A program made the position numbers and the translations under genes. Shown in pieces: positions 49,572 to 60,754 of a stretch of DNA of 64,000 bases. Source of the DNA: Selaginella moellendorffii. Lineage: Eukaryota > Plantae > Lycopodiophyta. The stretch lies in contig NW_003314320.1 of the NCBI RefSeq assembly GCF_000143415.4, positions 1,202,796 to 1,266,795 of the forward strand, read 5' to 3'. Position 1 is the stretch's first letter, and each line of letters starts with the position of its first letter. Under the pieces are notes generated by a model, which was given only the letters and a program-made list of their open reading frames with translations, was not told where the DNA came from and did no database searches.

Positions 49572-52397
49572 TTAATGAATCTCACCTTGAACCCGGGTTA
49601 TGAATGCTCTTGCTACATCTCTTGCATGGTCTGGCAAGGTGATGGTGGCACTCTGCTTCCGCATCCAACCATGCACAACATTATCCACCGATATGCTCAT
49701 GCTGGGATCCCTTGGATTCAGCACCCATCTCTTTTCTAGGCAATCCTTCATATATCCGAAACTTGGCTTGAACCACTCCACAGTTACATTGAAGGAGTTA
49801 GTTTCCACGTCCTCCTCTGCATCAGTGATGCAGCGCCCCACCCATATCATTTGTTTTTTATTACTGGGTCTAACAAGCACGACCATTCCTTTGCAGACCT
49901 GTACTGGATTGAATGCTGAATCCGGCTTCTTGTTCCTCAGCCCACAATAGTGATCCTCAACATTGTTATCTGTCACTGCATTTCTAGAGGACATTGTTCT
50001 GCTACTATTTGGTGCTCTGGGTTCTGGCCAAAAGGACTCTTCCAATTTTTCATATACAACCGGCCCATTTTGGATAGCAGATATAATCTTCTACCAGTAT
50101 TCGAGCAAAGGCTTGCACCTCTGAAAATAGGATTCTCCACCAAACACCAACCCCCTCTTCCAGAAGGCAATATGCTATCTAATCCCAGCCACTATACTTT
50201 CCTGGTCTTTGAGTCCATCCCGGCGCATCGGCCGTGGGGAACCCTGAGGAATCATAGGTTCCCCAGTTATGGGATCTCTCTTCAAGAGTTCAATGCCGTC
50301 CACTGGCAGCCACACTGTGTCCCATTCTCTCATCTTGTACCTCATCACTAGAGCACCATCACGCATGCTGAAATGAAATTGAAGAGGCTTGAAGTGGCCA
50401 ATCAGCGTTTCGGATCCGTCCCTGATGTAGCCTCTTACAAACCCCTTAAAGTCTGGAACCTCTGTCAGAAGTGCAGCTTCAACAGTGCCTTTGATGCATT
50501 TTTGGAATTCATCGTAGAGTTGTGGGAGGGTGAGGACATTGGATCGCCGGAGGGACTCTGCCAGGTGACTGAACATGGCATCGACGTCTTCATGAGTGTG
50601 CCCAACCATGAGAAAGCCAAGTGTAACCGTTTCAAATATGCCTTTGGCAACAAGCATCGCCAAGTACGCGAAGACGTACATGTTTTTGTTCTCACTGCCA
50701 ACATTGTCTGTTTGGAGCAGAAGATGGGGTGGAAGGCCACATCGGCCGCAAGAACTTCCTTGAGATTCTACTTCATTTGGATGAGGCTGTGCATTCACCG
50801 GGCGACCAGCCTCGTCGGAATGGCATGAGGCCTCACGTGATAACCCTACAATCTGACGGCCAACATATTCACTGGGATGGCATGGGGCCCCACACAATAC
50901 TGCAAGCCTTTGCTCCTCCTCTAGCTGAACCCTGTATGGGGTTCGATCGACAAGGGCCTTATACAAGGGTTGGCCGTTCAGCTCAGTCTGCGCACTTTGC
51001 AGAGACCTTAAGTGTTTTGCTAGGGACGCAATCATCATGTTTGCACCCCCGCCACCCCATAGAGGTACAAAGAAGTTCCCATAGTTCTGGGCACCATGCC
51101 CATGAGCGATTATGCCAAACAGAGACACAGGCAGCTGCATGGATGAAGAGATTGCCTTGGGGGCAGGATTGAGTCGAGGTAAGCACGTCTTTTTCTGGTC
51201 CATTTTGTCGTGGATGATGCAGAGATAAGAGTCAGGTCTCTCCATGGAGAGAATCCTGTTATGATAATATGCAGTCCTGCAGCTTCTCTGCTCGATGTTG
51301 TGGTCGAGCCGCCTTCTAACCAACGTCTCTCGCTCTTGAGCGATGCAAGAATTCTTCGACAAAGCCATTTTGATAGCAGTGCACTCGTCACACTTTGAAA
51401 AGCTGGAGTACTTTCCTATACTCACATCCCTGAACCTGTTGCTCCACAATCTACTAAATCTAGATTGGCTCAGCTTCCTGTAGCCATTACTCTGGAGTTC
51501 CCGATTCACATCTTCCAATATGGCCCCCTTGGTATACATGGAAGGGAGAACTCGTTGGGTGTCTCGAGTTCCATCTTCCAAGAGGTGGGTTTTATGTGGT
51601 TGCTGCTCGCTACATGTCTCGACAAACCTCTTGAAGATTGCCTCTCCATATACAACATGACCCCTGGTTTTATGAGTACCGTCGTTCCCATGGACTGCCT
51701 GTTGAACCCTTTGTTCCTCGAACTCAGTTTTGATTCTGTAGAATGTGGTTCGAGGGACTCCATAAATGATTCTCCATGCCTTCATGCAGACCAAACCCCT
51801 CTGGAAGACCATGCCCCCCACTTGATGTTCTGAAGCATCAACAGATGACCGTAATGCCTTATACACAAAATTGCGAGCTGCCTTCCAGGACAATGTCTTG
51901 TATCTTGCTCTCTCCTCTTCAATAGCATCCCAATCAGCATGTTGACAGCACCTCCTCTTGCAACAAGCAACTGTCGAGACCATTCGAACCTCCATCGCCA
52001 TTTTCTGCCTTTTCGGTTCGTTGCTCAGATCCCTTTGGCTGTGCTTTAGGAAGGTGTACTTTCTTTTCCCATGAAGAGATGTTCTGTCATCAGTTGTAGT
52101 GGTGTTTGATTGTGAATCCTTCACATTCTCAAACACTAAGTGCCTCAATTTCCACCGCACAATGCTTCCAATAGTCAGACTGTTTTCTTCTGTGTCAACA
52201 ACCTCTAAAATCGCAACTCCAATATCATCCCAGCCCAATTCTTGATTAGCAACCGCATCTCTTGGATCGACAACTGTGGCTAAGCCCTCAGCTACCACCT
52301 CCCCCTCGGGGTTGTTTAGAAACACCTTTGCCTGAATCCATGTAGCACGGTTCTTAAGATCCACGGAGGGAACATACGTTGCACTTGCAGAGGCCAT
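49572..52397 (-). pseudogene. Sola-like transposase, about 941 codons, with two in-frame TAG stops
   Basis: CCKRRC, VCMKAW, HGN, FSKCDEC; putative DDD triad in IIHDKMDQ, LQTDNVGSENKN and FLMVGHTHEDVDAMFS. The 50175-52397 and 49572-50045 ORFs are in one frame separated by two TAG codons. Confidence 0.85.
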
Positions 52398-53692
52398 TCT
52401 GAAAGTGCAGAAAAGAATTTAAGACCATACAAAAAATGATTGGAGAATGGCCTAAATCATAACATACCAAACAACCTCAATAGCATGAGGCCACATGCCA
52501 TTATTCAAACATGCTATTGACACCCACGTGAAATTTCGCATTCACAAAATTGGCATGAGGCCTCATGCCATCTTGATATACACACAGCTACAGGCAAGTA
52601 AAAACATACATGACAATACGCTAGCCATGAAATTGCAAGGGCCCAAAATGGCATGTGGCCTCATGCCATTTCTAAATGTGGTCCTAAGCCATTCCATGGT
52701 GAACATACTAGGAAGCACAAGTGCCGAATATCAAGAGGAAGCGGTAGCCACACCAAGGACAGTGCCGCTCGCAACACCGCAACTACTCGTAGCGCCGCTC
52801 GCAACACCGCAACTGCTCGTAGCGCCGCTCGCACAAACTGCCACTCGCATAAACTGCCACTCGCAATGGCGCTCGCAATGCCGCAACCGCTCATAGACGC
52901 ATAAACCACAGCTCACAACGCCGCTTACACAAGCAGCGCTCACTGCGCTCAGCGGAACCAAGAACACGGCGCACAAAAATGATAGACCTAGGAATGAGTT
53001 CGAGAATTCAAAAATAACACACGCTTGAACGTCACATCAAATCCTCTGACAAACCAGATCTTATGATTCCTCTGACAAATTTCAAACTGAGTAGCTTCTA
53101 GACTTTGCTGTCGGAGGTTGAACTTTGTCACATCATGTCCTTGCCTCGATCCAGCTGTGCCATGTTAGTGATTCGAACTTTGCCATGCCATGTCAGCGAT
53201 CCGCGCCAAGATTATTCGCCGTGTAAAGGAATAATTATGCTGTGTGTGTACGTCCATTTATGGCAATATAAGGCCACACGCCATTCAAAGAATAATGCTA
53301 GTCGAGCATTTTTTGGTGCATTTTTGGGTTCAAAATTGCATGAGCCCACACGCTATAAAGTTTACCTGTACCAAAAATAGAAACAGCTTTATTTACTTGG
53401 GAATTTAAGTGGTTGAGGCATTTTTAAACTTACAAACACATGCCCTACTTACATTCCTTTGGTTGCTTAAAATTCAAAAATATTATAAACCTTTCTTTTT
53501 GCATTTTCAATGTTTTCAATTATGGTTTTTGATTTTCGCAGGACCAGCCTAGTAATCTATTTGCATCCCGTCATGTTTATAGCTAGCTTTCATTTGTCCC
53601 CTTCGCTAGCCTGAGATACATCTGCTCGGCATCTGCCTCTTACAGCATTTGCCCATAAAGGGCATCTTTCTTCACGCAGCATTTGCCACATG

Positions 53693-53718
53693 TTTAGGGT
53701 TTAGGGTTTAGGGTTTAG
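53693..53718 (+). repeat. Interstitial plant telomere repeat (TTTAGGG)3 plus a partial unit
   Basis: tttagggtttagggtttagggtttag. Confidence 0.9.
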
Positions 53719-54887
53719 CAATTCAGTAGCTTGATAAACATGCAAATACAGAACTTGATGCAAAATCCTTTGATATGTCAGGATCATAAACACATTTCAA
53801 TAGAGAGGGTCCTTTCATTTCATAACTCCTTACGTAGATCTTGGTGAAACCAGAGTTAGTGAAGTTGGTTTCTTGTGATCCCACATCTGATTGTGATGTC
53901 CCTTTGCAGTGTCGATGGAAAGGTCAATGCACACCAAACTGTAGAATCTTGGAGCAAAATAATGGTCGGATCTATGGCAAATGCTCCTGAAACATTGTAA
54001 GGCTCGTGTGGTCTCATGTGGTGTCCGATTGAGATGCTTCTTTGCATAGTCATCAAGAAGGACATTGTATACCATTCTTTATTTAGCTGAACATCTGGCA
54101 TTTTTGGAAATACAAGATGCTTTGGAATATCCAATCATGCATGGTATAAATATAGCGAGGGTATTAAATGATATCTCAATCATGATCTTTCTTTTGGATT
54201 TCGCGTGCATGCAGTTCGAGGAATGATGACGTTGCGGATTTCTTTTGGATTTCACGTGCATGCATGCGCGCGGCGATCCAGAAATTAATGGTGGCGCCCA
54301 AGTTCGAGGAATGATGACGTGGCGGGATTACCAACCGTCGTGACATTTCGCGCGTGTGAAGTTAGGTTTTACATTGTACTCGCGCTCGCACACTCGCGCT
54401 CGCATCGCACTCCCACTCGCGATCACGCTCACATTCGCGCTCATCTACCTTCTCTACAGGTTTCTCGTGTGCATCGGCGTCCACTCGCGCTTGCATCACA
54501 CTCGCGCTCGCATCGCACTCGTGTGCATCGGCGTCCACTTCAAGACACACCCAGTTTGTAACTTCGCCGTCAACTCCGCCACCCACACGCAGCCCACTTG
54601 GCGTCCCGGGAGATTTCAGCACCACTCTCCAACTGTAAGTGGCAGAGTAGCCTTGCTGCTACGATCCACTGCACACACAGTGCACATTTGCCAGCGAGTC
54701 CGGCCTCGATTGTCACACCTCCATTCGGCTTCAAATGGTAAGTCTTTTAGGCCAAGTAGAAAATGGCATGAGGCCACATGCCATTCAGTAGCAACATTGG
54801 CATGCACCGATTGGGCTCTCGAGTGCAGTCTGGTTACAGATGGCGTGTAGCCTCATGCCATTTTAGGATGCAGCCTCAAGACATCTG

Positions 54888-57800
54888 ATGCAGTGGTGAA
54901 TGGCGTGTGGCCTCACGTTATTTTCAGCTGCTAGCTTTTCATCTGTCAGCTCTAATTGTTGTCCATTTCTGAACAAGCGAGGAATTGCGTTCTTCTTCCA
55001 GCCACTGTCAATGTGGATGCAAAGAAGGGGGAGGAGCTCACCAGTTGGACTTTCGGGATGGAAGGCGAGGATCTGAGGCTGTACAACACAGATGGTGGGA
55101 GAAAAGAATGCATGGGGATCCTCATCCAAGTGACAGACACTTCATGCAGTTCCATGCAAGAATATAGACTGGCACTTGTGGTAGAGACAACGTCCGCCTT
55201 CAAGATCCACCTTGCACATCCTAGCGGCTTCCCGGAGGGGGGCAGTGGCTATGAGGAATTCCAAGAGGGAGCTAGGGAGAGGTTGTCCAGGAGGCCTATA
55301 ATTTCAAAGACGCTGCGGGTTTATGAAGATCACATGGAATCCACGGACCTCACCTACGGCGATGTTCAAAAACTATATTCCAACATTGAGCCGTTGAGAG
55401 TGCCTCCAATTCACGAAGCGAAGGGGAAGGGGGTCGATCTGGAAACTACCCCGAAGCAGAAAAAGGTGGTCAAGCTCAAGCCGACGTTCGACTCTCCTGG
55501 TCCAAAAAAGAAGCTACTCGGTGATGCCATTGCCTCGGGTTCGAACACTACACCCACCAAAAAGAAGAGCCGCAAAGAGCAGAAAGAGCAAGAAGAGGCA
55601 GCAAAAATCGTTGCAGATAATAGTACTTGTTACTATTCCAACAAAGTATATACAATCGACGTGAGCCGTATCAACATCCAAAGCAAATACAATCACAGGC
55701 TAGTATCTGATGAGTGGGTGGAGAAACTGAAGTAGAAGATGCTGGCAAGTCCAGTAACACCTGACATCGCAGACGTGATCCCCTACTACCGAACAATGAA
55801 GGGCGAGACGAGGTTTCCAAACTTGATCAATAGGAAGGTGTTGGACGATCAAAACATCCGGTTCTATGCCGTCTCCGGGCAGCATTCTAGCTTGGCGATG
55901 CAAGAGATAGTTGTGGATATTATGGTGGGCGAGGAGGTGAAGAAAGTCTTCAAGACAAGAGTTGTCCGCCTGATAAAAGGCAACTCGCCCCTCCGATCTA
56001 TCATATCCATCTCCCACGCGCAGAATGTCAAGCAAGAAATGTGCTACAAATCGGGTCTGCACGAGACATTGGCACGAACACAGAAGCTCTGGGTTCAACT
56101 GAAGAAGCCACAAAAACCAGGACAAGGACGTGCACTAGCAACTAGCGCCTGGCAGGTAAGCCTCGTTGCATGTGGCATAGCATGTGGCCTCACGCCATTT
56201 CCATTGCAGGAATTCTCGAGTCTTCTCTCGAAAACACTGGGGGTCAATGACACACTCAGCATCCATAACATTCTACTCGCGACAAAAGTTGTTTTTGACA
56301 AATGGGTAGATGTGCTGAGGAGGTACCATGACGGGGAGTTGCTAAACTCAATGGGTGTGGAGGATGGCCGGAAGCCCAATGATTTGAAGCTCAACACCTT
56401 GCGTTTCTCGCGGTCTCTAGATGACGATGACCTTCTGACAGTGGCTAATGCTCTTCTACGTGGTGAGGTAGTCTTCAACAAGACCAAAATGACTCCCGGC
56501 CATATTGTGACATACGAGGACTTGTGCACGACTCTGAGAGCTCGTGTGCTATTGAAGGATTGGATCTTCGAGCAAGTGGCCGTGGAGAGGGTGAGCATCG
56601 ACACCACGCAAGAGATGATGGAAGAGCTGGAGTTGTCAAATGAAGACATCGACGAGTACGTGAAGGGGGCCCCCAAGTTCATCGATCTGCTGCGGGATGC
56701 CACGAAAAGTAAAGCTGAGAAGTTGGATCAGTATCCAAATTTCATTAAGAGGGATGTCGACCGCTGGCTTCAAAAACAGCTCGACCCCGCAGCAGAGGCC
56801 TATCGAGAACCTTACCGGGTATACATGAATTCGGATGAGGATCAAAGGTGGAGGAGCATCATTTCCCGCGGAGATGAGCAGGTCAAGAACATCTTTTGTG
56901 TGATGGACTTCACAAACGAGGAGATCACTCATGCAGACGAAGTCAGCTCCATCATTGACTTAATGGTGGGACTTGCGGAGGTGGAATCTTCAGTCCACTA
57001 TATGATCTACGACTCCGAATCCTATCACAAGTTCTAGAAGGCCTTGAACGAGGTGAAGGCTCGGTTGAAAGGCAAGGAGATGCAGGAGATCCATGGGATA
57101 ATGGCTAAGAAGAAGATACCGACGAATGTCTGCATCTTCACACTCGCCCTTGTTATTGGTCCTGCAACAGAGTGGGATTGGAGTGACTTCCCAGCTTCGT
57201 TCGACAAGGCCGATCGAATTGATCTGAGGGAGGTCAATTTACCCGTGCCTGAGGAACTGAAGATGGCTATGGAGCTTTCGAATCCAGAGAAAGCTCCAGG
57301 TGCAACATGGGAAATGCTCAGCTGGGTCTTCAACGCAATAGTGGGTGGGTCACCTACTTCCGACTCCAAGGGCAAATGCGTTGTCGAGTACAATTGCGGC
57401 AGAATATTCTTTCGAGCCGCACTACTCAAGGGTGTCCCGTGTGTTGCGGTGACAAACTCCATTGAAGAGGTGACTTCAATGGAGCATATAATTACAGTTG
57501 CCAAAGAAAAACAGTATCTTCTCTGCGAACCTGGTGAGTACGCACTTTAAGTTTAAATGTTATCTCACAAGCTCTGTATGCAGGAGCGTGGCCACCCCCA
57601 GATGCTGAAACGGCGTTAACAGCTACTGTTGAAGATACCCATGTTGGGCCGAGCTCACAACCTGCACAAGGTAAGGTCACGTGAGGCCTCACGCCATTTT
57701 GATTATAGATCATTGTGAATATTCAGACACGGGGACTGAAAAGCGCACTGGTGGCGCGTCGAAGAAGGACAAACAGACAAGCAATAGGAAAAAAGGAGGT

Positions 57801-60317
57801 ACAAATTATATTTGCAATGGCGTGTGGTCTTATGCCATTCCTTGCAGGAGACACTTCTTCAAAGGCAAAACAGGCAAGCACCAGCCAAGCTCAAACTGAC
57901 AGTGGTCATAAAAAGCGAAAGCACGTTGGACAGTCGTCGGGATCAGAGGCGTTTGATTCGAAAAGGAAGAAGGGCAACGAAAAGATGATAGGTAATGCCT
58001 CGCGGTTATGGCGTGTGTGCGAAAGCAGCCAGTCACCACCTCCTGATTCAGATTCCTATGGTGGACTTCCCTTCCCCAATCTCAATGGAGAGGTACAATG
58101 GATGAGGGATGATTTTCAATTCAGGGCCATGTTTTTCTCATCTCGTCATCTTCGAAGGGTGCAAGAACGTGCAGAAACCATTTTAAGACAGTCGGGTGAG
58201 GATACGGTCCTAGGTCACGCACTAAAACAGGCTATGGATGTCTAGTATTTTGAGATGGAGACTCGGCCAGATGATTTTCCCAAGATGGTCCTGGAAGAAC
58301 AAGCCATCCAGCCTGAGCAGCCTATGGAAGAAATGCAGGAGGGGGATGAGGAGCTAGAGAAAGATAATGAGTAGGAAGAGTAGAAGGACGAAGATGAGGA
58401 CGAAGAAGAGGAGGACGAAGAGGACTTGGATGGTCCTCACAATGGTGACGATCACAATAACGACGACGACGATGATGACGACGATGGCCAGCCTGAGGTG
58501 GCCAAAGAGCAACGGAGGAAGGTCATACAAGACAAACCATCAGGTAAATAACAGTACATCCATTCCTAACCTTTTACCATTTCTAACATTGTCCATGTAG
58601 GTCGCAGAGCAAATGGTAAGTAGAGATGATTCAGTTGAATTAAGATACAAACTCTAGCCTTTAGTGTCGAGGAAGGATAGTGCCAAGCAAGGGTCGAAAC
58701 GTATGTCCAATCCTTCAGAATCAGCAGTGCGCCCAAATGATATCGGTCCTAGTTCCTCAATAGCAGTTGATGGTAAATACAGTATAGTCGATTCAATGTG
58801 CTAATGAGTTTGTTTTTAGTAGCCAGTAGGGAGGATACCATCTCAATCGAAGGGAGATATTTGGACATACATATGGATCCGCCAGTGGACTCTACTTGCC
58901 TGCAAGAGTCATCAGAGTTGGTGGAGGCTACTATCCATATCAACGCCAAGCAAGCTGACCACGCTCCACTTGATGCTGCCTATACCACTGAGTCAATCTT
59001 GTCCACGTATCCAACTGACGGTGACCAGGCGCCATTGGACCAGCATGAGGCCGCCCCAGCCGCCGAGCCGGTCGTATCCTCATTTCCAACGGACTCAACG
59101 TGTGCCCAATCGTCTGACTACGCGCCGTTGGAACCTCCCTACACCGCCCCTGCTGCTTGTTCGGTCATGTCCACTTTGCCAACGGAGGCACCAGCTGAAA
59201 TGGCGTGTGATCACACGCCATCGGAACCACCCCATGCCACTGTTGAGCCAGTTGTACCAGAGTCTACAGTTGAAATGGCATGTGCCCACACGCCATTGGA
59301 TGCGATTGACCCCACATTGCAGAGGAGAGTATTTCCGCCCTTCACGTTTCCTCGACCAAAACCCTCTCAACGACCATCGGGTGCACCATTCGCTAATATT
59401 GTAGATGGTAAAATTGACTTGTACCATTTTTTATGCTGACGCTTTTCATTTCAGAGTCACGGCGAAGGTACTGTATCGTTTTTGATCTGAACGGTGTCCT
59501 TTTCTCCCATGAGCGTGGCTCGTCCTCGAATGTCACTGCACCCTCCAAAGCCTGCGGTCGCAAGTTGGTCAAAAGAGACAGATTCACATTAATCACACGG
59601 GAGAAACTGCGGGATCTAATAATGACCATGCGACACTTAAAACAGAGGGCCGGGTTCAATTTGCAATTGGGAGTTTGGACATCCATGATGCGCCACAATG
59701 CATTAACGTTGCTACAGATGATGCACGATCAGACGCGAGTAATATTACCATTTGACTTTCTCCTAACGCAGGAGGATTGCTTGACTATGGTCCATGTGAG
59801 GGGTAGCAAGCCCATCTTCGTCAAGCCAGAGGTTGTAGTGATGAACCGGACTGCTAGGTCAAGTGAAATCCTCATCATCGATGACTCGCCGATTAAAACT
59901 GCAGCGAACACGCACACATATGCAGTGCACCCCATCTCTTGCAGTATGGAAACTAGGGAGAAGAAACCGTATGTTCTGGGGGACCTTGCAAAACGGCTTG
60001 GAGCGATGGTGATAGAGAACCGGCCAGTCCAGGAGGTGGCTGCAGAAATCAACCAAATGGCAGATGGAACGGTATATCAGAAGCCATTTGATCGGACAGA
60101 CACCAGTCATCATTTATGGCATGTATATTGTCTAGCCAAGCACTATCCGCATCTCCATAATCTGCTCAACCGGATGGGTTCTTCGACCACTGAACATGAG
60201 CATGGACGTATTAGAGAAGAGATGGCATTACTATTGGGTTTAAATCCTGATAGTGTGGAGAGTGATGAAATTCCAAGATTATTGTATAGGCGTTGGAGGC
60301 AAAAAATAACAGTCTGA
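54888..60317 (+). pseudogene. Transposon cargo gene: ParB/Srx-like domain, degenerate N6/N4 DNA-methyltransferase-like fold, acidic linker and FCP1/SCP-like HAD phosphatase; spliced; start approximate
   Basis: Short GT-AG introns (56156-56209 and a run of phase-1 introns to 59408-59454) join the ORF-track pieces in one frame. Motifs: HRLVSDEWVEKL..FYAVSGQHS; VVEYNCG..AALLKGVPCVAV; IVFDLNGVL, VWTS, IIDDSP. In-frame TAGs occur at 55733, 57035, 58243, 58372 and 58381. Confidence 0.75.
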
Positions 60318-60754
60318 GATGGCATGTATTTATTTAAAAATGTAACTTATCATGGCATGGGGTTCCATGCCATTGTATTAATATTAAAAGACAATTCTTT
60401 GAGAGGATTTGCATTATACTAGAAGTGTTACAGCATGTTATTGGAAGTCTACGAAGTTGTTTTATTAATAAGGGGAAAGTAAAGATTGAATGGGGACTTG
60501 GGCTCCACCTAGACTCGGAGCAACTGAGCCAATATTAAAAGGATGGAAAGAAATTGGACAACAATGACAAGGAGAAGAGAGAGGTGAAGCAGTGGCAGGG
60601 GGAGGAGAAGTGATTGAGTAGACATTTCCTTGTTTAAAATAAAATGGCATGTGCCTCAATGCAGTTGAATTTTGTTATATTTATATACTATATAAAGGTT
60701 TGGAAACCTTATTTTACAAGTGGGATAATGACAATTCCCACTTTAACGAAATAG

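Larger units (their letters stand above)
48483..60665. repeat. Dispersed 24-bp palindrome AATGGCRTGWGGCCWCAYGCCATT, more than 20 copies
   Basis: Copies at about 48483, 48571, 48982, 49171, 49331, 49477, 50819, 50877, 52479, 52549, 52647, 53260, 53336, 54762, 54840, 54899, 56177, 57678, 57816, 59199, 59275, 60352 and 60643. None was noticed outside the TIRs. Confidence 0.93.
47946..60754. mobile_element. 12.8-kb Sola-like (probably Sola1-type) cut-and-paste DNA transposon with cargo gene
   Basis: Perfect 19-bp TIRs CTATTTCGTTAAAGTGGGA at 47946-47964 and 60736-60754. The 4-bp flanks AGCT and AGTT are consistent with a TSD carrying one C>T change. A DDD-type transposase lies inside. Confidence 0.85.

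Noticed and set aside
48483-60665. Palindromes as a CRISPR or REP array
   Set aside because: Spacing is irregular (tens to thousands of bp) and copies lie inside introns and exons.
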